Source: Entomortierella parvispora E1425
Taxonomy: Eukaryota; Fungi; Mortierellomycota
NCBI GenBank assembly: GCA_020891255.1
Contig: BQFW01000013.1
Location: 2,356,001 to 2,420,000 of the forward strand
DNA length: 64,000 nt
Reading direction: 5' to 3'
A program made the position numbers and the translations under genes. Under the pieces are notes generated by a model. That model saw only the letters and a list, made by a program, of their open reading frames with translations. It had not been told where the DNA came from and searched no databases. Of this stretch, positions 22,018 to 34,288 are shown piece by piece (within the stretch, counting starts at the first letter, position 1; the number at the start of each line of letters is the position of its first letter).

Positions 22018-25000
22018 ATGAAGCCCCACACACTGCACGCCCTCGTGGCGCTTGTCAGCGTGGCTTGCTTTGTTGGGTCTAGCCACGGCGTCGATAGTTA
22101 CAGTCAGGGGCACGACGGGGCTGGCGCGCTAGCCGCTGAGAAGCCCGTTGACGACCAAAAGTGGTCTAGTCGTCATAACCACAGGAAGCATGGGCACGAA
22201 CAAAAAAACCGCCACCACAAGATGCCAAATCATCCTGGTCATCACCATCATTCAAAGAAGCAAAAGTGCAAAGGTAAACAAGAGAGATAAATGTGAAAAT
22301 CTTGACGCGTTTTCGCTCACTGCAACGCGTAGCCCATCCTCTCTCATTCTTCCTGCAATAACAGAGAGAAGATTACTGAAGTGCCTTCTACCATTTTCTA
22401 TTTCTTTCTGGCAATGACGCCAAGTAGAGCAACTGAATCTTGTCTGCGACAGCATTGTCATTGACAAGATCATCTGTCCCTGCAAGAAAATCGTGCCTCT
22501 TGCTGAGGGCGACTCTGGCGCAGATGTGGCAAATGGCGATATAACAGCTGAGTGGAACACCCCCATACGCCAGGTCTACATCCCAATGGATGAACCTTGC
22601 TCCAACAAGCTTCCACCCATTTGCACCATGCCCTCCGAGACGGGTGCTGTTGACAACTCTGACAATGATGAAAACAGCAACTTTGACACCACTCCTGATA
22701 GCGATAACCACGGTTTTATTCCCAGTGAGCCTGAAACCAACGAGAGCAACGATGAAGGCGACAATGAAGATGAGGACGAGATCAATGACGATTCCTCGGC
22801 TGCCTCAAACCAGGCTCTACTCCCAACCGCCGATGCTTCCGAAGATGTTATGGCCCATCTCTGGGACAAGGGCCACTGCCACCATCGCACGAAGCATGGT
22901 AAGGACCATATCCATCCTCACAAGAAGCATGCCAAGGATAATGGCCATGGGCACAAGAACAAGCACCCATATCGAGATCGTTGCGTGGCTGTTGGCCATT
23001 TCTGTGGCAACCAGCTCTACGGATGCAACTTTGTGGCAACGAGCTTGTACTACTGCTCTCATGTTGGCGACATCCCTAAGACGATTCTCGAAAATGCCAA
23101 GGTCTGCGGCGGCAACAATGGCAACTGCGCGTGTAATTCGGAAAACACCCTCTGTGGCTCCCAGCTCCCTGCCGAGTGCAATGCCAACCCCAACTCGATC
23201 TACTTCTGCCCTGGTGGTAAAGGCCAGTGGGAACACCTCAAGCAGTGCGATCCTGGTACGAAGTGCAATCAGGAAGGCAACGATGGCGCCAACTGCGGAA
23301 GCACAAACTGCCAATGCCTTGGAGATAAGACCATATGCTCCGATGCATTCCCTGCTGGATGCAAGCTCATCCCCAATAGCATTTATCAGTGTACGCCTAG
23401 TAACAAGCCCGTTCTCATCAAGACCTGTGATGAGTCTCGAACCTGTGTCACCCATGCAGACGGAGCTGTTTGCACACAGGGCGACTGCAAGTGCCCCGTT
23501 GACGGCAAAGTTTGTGGCAGCGTATTCCCTCTCAAATGCCGCATCCACGCAACAGGCTTGTATACCTGCACAAAGGGTGCAGATCCAATCTTCTTGAAGG
23601 ATTGTTTGCCTGGAAAGTGCGTATCGTCTGCATCCTTACTCGGTGCAACGGCTGTCTTTCAGGACAGCCGATGCATTGCACCCTGCACCTGCACTGACAA
23701 GAGACTTGTAAGATCCCTTTAACTAGGCCGCGTTAGAGCCTGGAAAATTGATGATCACTGTAATATTCTACTAACGCTCAATGAACTATATGCATCTTGC
23801 TCCCACCATCTCGTTTTTGATAGGTTTGCGGATCCACCTTTTCACCCTCTTGCAACTACGGCCAGAATATTCTTTACAGTTGTTCTGGTGCTGGAGCGCA
23901 TCCAGTTCATATCAAGGACTGCAGCCCACAACAATGCATTGTACAGGCCGGGGATAACACGTGCGGCCCTAACCCGAACCCATGTGTCTGCCCTGCTGGT
24001 AGCAAGGGTCTGATCTGTGGATCTTCTCTCCCTCCCAAATGCAATGGAGACCCAACGACCATCTACGACTGTTCCGGTGGCGAAGGAACGACTCCTGTGG
24101 TTGTCAAGCATTGCGACCCTGGTACCAAGTGCCTTACAGATGCCAATGGCGACCCAACATGCGGATTCCAGAAATGTCAGTGTTCAGGCACGAAAACTCA
24201 CTGCTCGAACCAGTTCCCACGAGACTGCAAGCTTCCACCCAATAGTGTGGTTCAGTGCAAGAATGGCAAGCCAACTGTGGTTGAGACATGCCCTGATGAT
24301 CGAACATGTGTGTCGGTCCCATCTGGCGCCTTCTGTGCATCAAACAGTTGTATTTGCCCAGACGATGGACAGATCTGTGGATCGGCATTCCCCTTGTCAT
24401 GCAAACTGCAACAGACATCTTTGTACTCTTGCAAGAAGGGTGGATTGCCAGTCCTGCTCGAGTCCTGTCTGCCTGGATCGTGTGCGTCATCTCAGGCGAC
24501 TGTCACTGCGACGGCTGCAATCTTTGACGCGTTGGCCATCATGGATACATGTGTGCAGCCTTGCACATGCACTGGTTCTGGCAACGTGTGTGGATCGACC
24601 TTCTCACCCTCTTGCACCTATGGCCAGAATTCTCTTTACAGTTGTTCTGGTGCTGGCGCATATCCAGATCTCATCCAGGACTGTAGCCCAGAACAATGCA
24701 TTGTTTCACCCGATGATAACAATTGTGTCCCTGATCCACCAACGACAGCTGGCCCTACAATAGGAGGTGGTCCACTAGGAGTCCCAACAACCGCAGCTGG
24801 AGGTGGTCCACTGGATGTCCCAACAACTGCAGCTGGAGGTGGTCCACTAGATATCCCAACAATTGGAGGTGGTCCACTAGTTGTCCCAACAGCTGCAGGT
24901 GGTCCACTAACTGTCTCAACAACTGCAGGTGGCCCACCAACGACAGCTGTCCCAACAACCACAGGAGGTTCACCAACTGCAAGTGGACCACGAACTACAG

Positions 25001-28000
25001 GCGTCCCAACAACTACAGGTAGTTCACCAACTGCAAGCGGATCACCAACTGCAAGCGGGTCACCAACTGCAAGTGCTCCACCAACTACAGGTGGTCCACC
25101 AACTACAGGTGTCCCAACAACCACAGGTGGTTCACCAACTGCAAGTACTCCACCAACTACAGGTGTCCCAACAACCACAGGTGGTGCACCAACTGCAAGT
25201 GGACCACCAACTACAGGCGTCCCAACAACTACAGGTAGTTCACCAACTGCAAGTGGACCACCAACTACAGACGTCCCAACAACTACAGGTAGTTCACCAA
25301 CTGCAAGCGGATCACCAACTGCAAGCGGATCACCAACTGCAAGTGCTCCACCAACTACAGGTGGTTCACGAACTGCAAGTGCTCCACCAACTACAGGTAG
25401 TTCACGAACTGCAAGTGGATCACCAGCTACAGGCGTCCCAACAACTACAGGTAGTTCACCAACTGCAAGTGGACCACCAACTACAGGCGTCCCAACAACT
25501 ACAGGTAGTTCACCAACTGCAAGTGGATCACCAACCACTGGTAGTTCACCAACTGCAGGCGGATCACCAACTGCAAGTGGATCACCAGCTACAGGTGTCC
25601 CAACAACCATAGGTGGTCCACCAACTGCAGGTGGTTCACCAACTACAGGCATCCCAACAACCACTGGTGGTCCACCAACTGTAGGTGGTTCACCAACTGC
25701 AAGTGCTCCACCAACTACAGGTATCCCAACAACCACAGATGGTCCACCAACTGCAAGTGGTGGCTACCTAACATCCGTGTCAACATCCCCTTTGACTACT
25801 TCGACCCCAATTGCCGCCACTGTGTCTCCCTCCTCGTCTGACTCATGGACGCTCCGTTCAACTCAAATCAACACCACTTCCTTCACCAGTGAACCCTACG
25901 TGGCCAATGGGTACATTGGGGCCCGTCTGCCAGCTGAAGGAGTCGGTCTAAGGATCCACCCCGCCATCGACTATAACACGGACAATGGAACGCAGGACTG
26001 GCCCCTCTACAGCCTGAGGCAGACAGCATCCATCGTGGCGGGGTTCTACGACCAACAGGACACGACCAGAGGCAACAATTTTGTAATTATCCCTTCCCTT
26101 TTCGTTTTTGTTTTTGTTCTATTCTCATGAACGATGATCATTCCCCGCATCATCTTGTCTTGATCAATGCGGCTTAGCTTCAGTCGATTGACTTTTTTTT
26201 TTCTTTACTGCTTTTCTATTCGCTCTCATGCTCTGCCTTTGCCGCCATCTTTTGTCTTCTCTCCATCAAGGACATAGCTGGAGGTCATCAGGTCATTTCG
26301 CTCCTACCCACTTGGACCTCCCTATTCCTGACCGTGTCTCCGAACCAGGGAGATGGCCCATCCGCTACTTACAAGGTTGGAGTTCCTCTCGACCATATCA
26401 AATCCTACTCTCAGACCCTATCTTTGCGAGATGGCATCGTTCAAACGAACGTCTCTTGGTCCCCCTTCAATGCCACCAACAGCTCAATAACAGCTGCCTC
26501 AACGGGATCTGATCTGATTCAGCTCAATTACACCGTTCTGGCTCACCGCTCTCGACCCAACCTTGGACTAGTCCGTCTCGACATCTCGGGTCTTTCTGAC
26601 GGCCAAAATGTCATCATCACCGATGTACTGGACGGTGCTGGAGCCCGCAGGGTCGAAGGCGAGCAGGCAGGAAAGTTGGATACCAAGGAGCTAGCAAATG
26701 CCATCTTCTCTTCTGTGAGACCTACTGGCATCGACAATACAACTGCATGGGAGATTTCAACCTTGCAGTTGATCGGAGGAAATCAGACGGCACTGACGGC
26801 TGTGGATGTCCCAGAGAGTGTTGGTCTTGGCACCAACCAATCCACCATATCTCAGTCCTACTCTTTGACGGCACCTCGGGGCGGTCAGCTCTCCGTGTTC
26901 AAAGCCGTCGGAATCGCTTCCTCAGACGCCTTCAATGGAACAGAGAGAAAAACAGCTCTGGAGGCAGCCCAGAAAGCGCTCGCGGACAGTTGGGATGAAC
27001 TCGTTTCTGAACATACATCAGCGTGGGAATCACTGTGGTCCGAAGGTGGTGAAGTTGTGATTCATGGTGCCAATATCTCAAACAGCGGAAAGTCGGTTTT
27101 GGACGATATTCAGGAAATCACTACATCGAGTCTCTTCCACCTCTTGTCGAACGTTCGTCAAGGATCCGAGAATACAGGATTGGGCGACAACAGTATCGCG
27201 CCTTCTGGCTTGACATCTGATTCGTATGCTGGCGGAATCTTCTGGGATGCCGAGACATGGATGTATCCAAGTCTATTGTCTCTATTCCCAGACTACGCCA
27301 CGAGCATCAACAATTACAGGACAAAGCTCTTGGGACAAGCTATTGAGAATGCCAAGCAGAACAACCGAGAAGGGTTGCTCTACCCATGGACTTCCTTCCG
27401 CTACGGAAACTGCACAGGTAAGGAGGTTTTGTGTGGTTCATAAGTTTTAGTTTTGGAGTTCGATACTAATATACCTTGTAAACGTGACTCATAGGAATTG
27501 GACCCTGTTACAACTATGAATATCACTTGAACAACGACATTGCTCTTGCTCAATGGCAATACTTCCTGGCCACAGGAGACAAGGTCTGGTTGGAGGAGAA
27601 GGGCTATCCGATCATGAAGGGTGTGTCAGAGTTCTGGGCCAGCCAAGTCATCAAGGATACGCAGTCTGGGTAAGCTCAAATCGATGCGATGTACAGTAGA
27701 TGATCTTTTTTTTTTGTTGTTACTAATGGTCATCGACTCGTTTGCTATCTTTTATGAAATAGAAACTACAATACATCGAATGAGGTAAGATAAAAACAAA
27801 TGACGTGCACCGTTGCTTTTCTATTACTCACATGCTATCGCTCTTCTTCTTAGACTGACCCGGATGAATTTGCCAACAACAAGGACAATGCTGCCTTCAC
27901 GAACGCAGGCGCAGCCATTACACTTCGCAACAGTATTCAGGCGGCATCTATCCTTGGTCTCTCTAACGAAGTACCTAGCAATTGGAGCGACATTGCCGAC

Positions 28001-29146
28001 AAGATCACGATTCCATATGGGGACTCCGGAAATATCGTGCTGGAATACGAAGGCTTCGACGCATTCACTCCCGTGAAACAGGCTGATGTTGTATTGCTCA
28101 TTTACCCTCTCGAGTACAAGGTCCGGGACGCAAACGCGGATATGGCCTTTTACACCGGTGCAACCAGCCTCAACGGTCCAGCAATGACTTTTCCCATCTT
28201 CAGTATCAATTCGGCCCAGCTGTCCACGCAGGGTTGCGAGGCCTTCACATACCTCCTTCAAAGCAGTCAACCTTACACTCGAGGACCATTCGCTCAGTTT
28301 TCGGAAGAAATCAACGATGTCTTTAATGACAATGGAGGCACCGATCCAGCCTATACCTTTTTGACGGGCCATGGCGGCTATCTCCAGATTTGGACCCATG
28401 GCTTAACAGGATACCGGTCTCGTCTTGACTGCTTTTACTTGGATCCAAGTCTGCCTCCTCAATTGGCGCCAAAGGGATTCACTGTCCGGGGTATGAAATG
28501 GCAAGGAAGTGTCTTTGATGTCACAGTCGCCGGTAATCAAACGACTATCACGCGACGATCTGGTGGAAATGCCACGGCCTGTGTTCAGATCGGAGATCGA
28601 AACAACAAGAATGGAAAGTACCAGCTTGCCGTGGGAAAGACTTTAACTGTGCCTACATATCGAAGTGACCTGAACGGAACTTTGGTCGCCGGGAACAAGG
28701 CCCAGTGTGCATTGACGGTCACCTCTGATTCTTCGACGGCACCAGGACAATACCCCTTGGCTGCCGTGGATGGATCCAATGCAACCTGCTGGAGATCCGC
28801 CACGAAATCACCAGCGTCGTTGTTGATTGACCTGGGCAAGGTTCAAAATATCACGGGATTCCACTTCAACTTCAAAAGCAACCCTCCCAACTCTTATACC
28901 GTATTCGCTGGATCAAGCACCAACACCGAGGATATGAAGCAGGTCGGAGAGGTTGACAAGGTCAAGATCACGGCCCCCTATGATCCTCAGACGGCGGGTA
29001 TCGTCATGGTGCGATTGGGCAATACCAGTGATATCTCTCTGGCTCAGTCGATCCAAGCCCGCTTTGTGAAATTAGTGGTGGAGGGTGCACTGATTGATGA
29101 TGGCTCCAACTATGGCGCTACCGTGGCCGAGGTTGTTGCCTTTTAA
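22018..29146 (+). CDS. ATH1: Secreted modular GH65 acid trehalase (~2143 aa): signal peptide, His-rich/acidic tracts, 9 Cys-rich modules, Pro/Thr/Gly stalk, GH65 N/central/C domains, C-terminal F5/8-type-C-like domain
   Basis: Inferred exons 22018-22273, 22428-23707, 23824-26082, 26271-27417, 27495-27669, 27763-27784 and 27854-29146 (6432 nt, in frame). GH65 motifs PYVANGYIGARLP, DSYAGGIFWDAETWMYP, YEYHLNNDIA, TDPDEFAN, VKQADVVL, FLTGHGG. Confidence 0.9.
24740..25765 (+). repeat. Coding Pro/Thr/Gly mucin-like tandem repeats (GGGPLDVPTTAA; PPTTGVPTTTGGSPTASG)
   Basis: Repeated ccaactacaggt / ccaactgcaagtgg units. Confidence 0.95.
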
Positions 29147-30067
29147 ACATTTATTTGTGCCTTCCAAATAAAAAAATTATTTATAATACTGCAAGTATTA
29201 TTAATAATAGTCTATTTAACACCTGAGTTATGCCGAGAGGGACAGAAAGAAAGGCGTCAAAAACGACATCCACTCATTGTGCTGCTACCAAGAGGTCTCA
29301 ACCATATGCTGTCTTTAAGGCTCCATCCGAGGCTCAGACTTGTGCTATCATGGCTGTCTGATAATTGAGGTCTAAGGGAGGTAAAGGACGCATTAGATGC
29401 ATTATTCGAGAGAGAGGGCAGAGGAAAGAGTCGCGTTCAAGTGGCATCCGAGCGGTCCAGGATGACAGCTGGTCTTACCTTGAGATTTAGAGGCAGCTGT
29501 GAGTGCAGCTGTGGTCAAGGAGGAGTTGTGAATCAGTGTTTGTGCGAGGAAAGGAGGAAAGGAGGAACGGAGGAAGGAGGGAAGGGAGTCTTTGCATGGT
29601 CATAAACAGAGAAGGAGCCAAAGAACCACCCTCTGACATCACCGAGCAGTCTCCAGTCGGGAGTGCTGCAACACCGCCATGTCGCGCCTCTTTCTTTGTT
29701 CTCTTTCACTCTGTTAGGATGCACATTCTTGCTTTGTCTTTGTATATCCACCCTTGCCGCCTTTTATCGTCCTTTGGCTCAAAGAGCAACACGCCACAAC
29801 ATAGAAGGTAATCAGGTCGTCAATAGGCCAATGATGTTTTCCAATGGAGGTTTGTCATGTCTTAGCTATAGATATACAAATGATCTTGGAGAGCCAGGAT
29901 ACACGGCGCGAAAGCCATTTTTTACATGCGTTAAAACCAATCTGTAGAAAAGACCGCCTCTGCAGACCCAGGATAAAGGGTGTGAAAGCCATATTTTTAT
30001 ATACGCTAGAACCAATCTGTAGAAAAGACCGCTCTTGGAGTCCCATGCTAGAATTTGTTGGATGGCC

Positions 30068-30330
30068 CTTCCATCCATCCATCCTCCCATCCATCCATCC
30101 TCATTTCATCCATCCTCATTTCATCCATCCTCATTCATCCTTCCTCATTCATCCACGCTCATTCATCCATGCTCATTCATCCATCCTCCCGTTCGTCCAT
30201 CCTCATTCGCATCCATCCATCCTCCTGCCATCCATCAATTCATCTTCCTGTCCATCTATTAATACCATTCATCCAGCGGCCAGTCCCTCCTTCCATCTTG
30301 TGTCTCGGCGTCCAATCCCTCCGTCCCTCC
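30068..30330. repeat. (TCCA/TCA)n low-complexity tract
   Basis: catccatcc/tcattcatcc reiterations. Confidence 0.85.
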
Positions 30331-30804
30331 ATCATGACGAAGAGATGACCAGCAAAGGAACTGTTCCTCCCACCAATGCAAAAAAACTTGACCCATCGAA
30401 GGCCTCAGAGGAGACGATTGTACGATCTGCGCCTAACTTCTATCTCCTCATCGAGTCAACTTCGATATCGGCGAGCGACACAAAGTCAACCATTTAGTCC
30501 TGGATGCAGGCATTCCTCTCGTCATATCTGGTTATCTTGAGCATCCTAACAAGCAAGGCTCAACCATTATCACCCCACGAGGCAAAAGGCTGGCGGGTCT
30601 CAAATAAAACACTCTAGTCTTCACTTCCAAAATTCAAACTGAAACAACAAATATGTTGAACTCTGTATATGTCCTGTCGGTACTCTTGTGTTCCATCTCC
30701 TGGAATTGTGGATGGTACGTATATCTGTTGAGGTTTCTGGCTTTTCTTTTCCGACCTTGCTTGTGTCCACTCCACCCTAACTCTATTGTAATTTACTCTG
30801 TACA

Positions 30805-32429
30805 GGACCCTGCGAATATGTTGTTTGACAAGCCGGAATGGTTCGGCTATTATTTGATGCCTCGGAAAGATCCCGACAAACAACTTTCAGCCGCAGCCCA
30901 CTATGCAACTGCGAGCAATCTCTTTTCAGTGGCGGGTGTTGTTTCAAAGAAGAAAACTCATGCCCAGCGAGGTACCGGTTGACGCCACGCTCAGGATGCT
31001 GGAGCCAACGTTGCATCCATCGAAAATCATACCTGATGAGGAAAAGGCCGTTTAGCGATCAACTACTTGTCCAGGATATCTGATCAAGTTCCTTGCGAGA
31101 TGGCAGGTTGTACAGTGCTCTCCCGGGTGAACGGTTATGGCTCGCAAGGAATACCATTCTACTACCTATGGACCTCCAGCGAATGCTTTTCCCGTGTGCC
31201 GAGGAGTATGCCAAGGGGCATGAAAGTTGTGCCGATTGGCTGCAGTGGAAAAGAACTTTATGTTGGACAAGGACATTTACTCTAAACGACCAGCAAAGAC
31301 AAGGATAGAAGCTCCTAAACAGAACGTTCGACTGGTGCGCACGTTGTTTCTCTTGACGCACTTGCGGAAGGTGATTTTACAGGATGCCATCGCCTTGATG
31401 GACCTCCCCGACGTGCCGTTTCGCCACGATGACCACCGAATCTTCCAACAACCAGCACTAAGCTTGATTAACTCGTTATTCAGGCAGTTCAGAGTCGATT
31501 TAAGCAAGTGTACGCAGTCCACAAATCACCCATGGAGGATAGTCTTATTGCCAACGCGCCTGCTATTCACAACGAGTTTCGCACAGTGCACTCTTCTGTT
31601 CAGCACCTAGGTCACTCTCTCGCGGTCAACACCAAATAATCCAGCAACCTAAGTTGTCGCTGGACGCCGTTACTCAGCAGTTCACTACCGAGGATGTCAT
31701 AAACATGCAGACTCTGGATCGTGTGTATTGCTATATGGAGAAGATAGGAGAACATGGTTCATACAGCGGCGAGAGAGACGACGTCCCCCGGGCCGCCGAC
31801 GCAGCCTTCAGCTCCACTAGAAACTGAGGATGGACTGGCATGGTGCGGAAAACTGCAAAATAGAGCAGAGCCACAGGGTTCGGCAGGAAGATCAGGAGGG
31901 GGCCAGGGTGGAGAAAAGAAGGAGTGCAATAAGGAGGACGGACGCGAAAAGAGACAGGATGGGCCCATAGGTCAGAATGACACGGTCGAAGACTCTCCAA
32001 TCTTGGGGCAGAGACTGGTGGCACTGGAGACGGAGTTGGCCTCTCGGTATGACCAAGTGCCGCCCCAATACTCTTGAGGAGGTTGATCGTACAATGCCGC
32101 CCCGAAATGCTCCATTTCAACAGCAGAGGGACGAATGGTTCAAGGATGTGCAAGAGCGTCACTCGCTCCGCGTATTAAAGAAGACATTCAAGTCAAGGTG
32201 GCGCAAAGGAGGTGGAAACACGTTGGCCAAGACATTCTCGTTCAAGAAGGCCACTGTGTTATCCATTCTTCAGCAGATCCTGTACGATGAGAACGGAACA
32301 ATGGTCGAGAGAGAGGCGCGAGTGTTGGCATTCATTGTCAAGGGCTTGAATGCCGGTACTACACCGAGACAATACTATCTTCTTGTTCAGAAGAAGAGCA
32401 TGCCCAGAGCTGGATCAGAGGAGCCTTGA
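30805..32429 (+). mobile_element. Decayed Crypton-like (CryptonF) element: Ndc10-II-type tyrosine recombinase + GCR1_C-like domain
   Basis: KKTHAQRGTG*RHAQDAGA...NYL (HxxR and Tyr), LARNTILLPMDLQRMLFP, LRKVILQDAIAL...IFQQP, DEWF...LKKTFKSRWR...FSFKK; several stops and frameshifts. Confidence 0.7.
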
Positions 32430-33776
32430 AAGAATAAAATCCAGTTAGGATCGCCGTGATGATTGTTCTCGTTTCTTGTCTTCCTTTCTTTCTTGTCAGC
32501 CATCCGTCATTTTCGTTTCCCCTGCGACAAAAAAAAAGACATTGATCAAGCGGTAGATCAAGTTGTACCGACTTCTTTTCGGGCTCAGTTGCGTTTGTCT
32601 TCTGCTCCTGCCTCGCCATTATTATGTGCACACGTATATGAACATAAGTGGAACCTACCCGCCTTTATCACATTCAGTCAAAGGTAATGTGCCCCTGCTC
32701 GTTGTGCATGCTTTGGCCACTATAGTCCATGTGTCATCAAAAGACCCCTACTCTTTGTGGTGAGACTATGGTAGGTGAGATCGTGCCAATATAATAAAGC
32801 TCATCTCGAAAGCGTGGTGCCCCACGTAGCTGATAACGTTGCGTGTGTTCACAACTTGACGACAGATGTCTCCAATAATTTGAATGCATGCTTGCGCGCT
32901 CTTTGAGCCTCCCTCCCATACAGTGTCAATGCAGAGAAAGAAGTCATTCTCAAGAGCGCTGCTCGGCACTTGGGCATGTTGCAACTTGTATCAATTGGGC
33001 CAAAGAGGCAGACGCTCAAACCTCAAATGTCTTCCCATTGAGACGCCCAGCGGGTATTGGGTGTCTGGACGCTGTCCTGCGGAGACTTTCAATCAACGAT
33101 GGAAGAAGTAGTGAGTCTTCGCTCAAGGTTGCAACGCGTGTCTACAGCTTTAATGACCCTCTCATTCCACTCCACTCCAACCCCTACCACTCCATTCCAA
33201 CGCCTACCGCTCCAAAACTCTAACCCCTACTACTCCAAAACTCCAAACCCTGCCACTCCAACACTCCAACCAGTCCCAACTTAGTTACCATAGCCAGATA
33301 GACATATATATACCCCCTCCCTCCAACTCATAAACATCATTCGCTTCTCCAAATCTGCCTCTCCCTGTCCTTGTACTCCCCTTGGTCCCTGCCTTGTATT
33401 CCCCCCCTTGCACCTATTACAAAGGTCTTCTATCCAACTTCCTGTCACAGACACTGTGAAAGGTAGTCAAAGAGCCGAGGTCAAATCATGTGGGAGCGAC
33501 CTTCAAAATGTTACTGGGGAGTAAAATTCATCGCAGTGATGCGCTTGACGTGGAAGGAAGAATTCCTCAGATTCCAGTGGCAGTGGCCGTGAAGATTTTC
33601 CGAAAATTGACGCTAATGAGGAATTTTTACTGGGGCAGAACCATTGATATTTGACAAGGGAGCTAAGAATTCTTTAACTGCAAAGGAAGGCCGTCATCAA
33701 AAAAAAAAAAAAAAAAAAAAGTGCAAAGGCAGGCCGAACAAAGTGCAGTCAACTAAACAAAACGAGTGCCAAGGAC

Positions 33777-34225
33777 GAAAAGGAGGAAAGCACAACGAGA
33801 ATGAGAGTCTAACATCAAGACTGTCGCCCCCTATACCCTGCCCTTGTTTATTTCCAATTCCAACTGACTATCATGCTTAAATCCTACCTTGACCAGAAGC
33901 AAAGAAAAGGAAGAAAGCACAACGAGAATGAGAGTCTAACATCAAGACCGTCACCCCCTATACCCTGTCCTCGTTTAGTTCCAATTCCAACGGACTGTCA
34001 TACTTGACTCCTACGCCAGAAGCAACGATAAGGAGGAAAGAACAACGAGAATGAGAGTCTAACATCCAGACTGTCACCCCCTATACCCTGTCCTAGTTTA
34101 GTTCCAATTCCAACGGACTGCCATACTTAACTCCTACGCCTGACCAGAAGCAACAAAAAGGAGGAAAGCACGAGAATAAAAGACGTCTCAAGAGACTCTC
34201 ACCCCTATACCTTGTTTATTCCGAA
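33777..34225 (+). repeat. ~127-bp unit repeated ~3.5 times upstream of the ricin-bearing gene; single copy at ~21783-21910 upstream of the trehalase gene
   Basis: Unit aaggaggaaagcacaacgagaatgagagtctaacatcaagactgtc...ccagaagcaa. Confidence 0.9.
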
Positions 34226-34288
34226 TCGCGAACCACATATTCTTTTTTACCAACACAGTCTTTCACAGCGGGCGATATCTAACGGTCA

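Noticed and set aside
24636-25736. 366-aa minus-strand Val/Gly/Pro ORF and the + strand Gln/Leu/His ORF 24929-25612
   Set aside because: Shadow frames of the stop-poor Pro/Thr stalk repeats; the same applies to 37735-38925 and 38370-38951.
29844-30497. 217-aa His/Pro/Ser/Ile ORF
   Set aside because: Produced largely by the (TCCA)n tract; only the last ~50 codons might belong to the Crypton relic.
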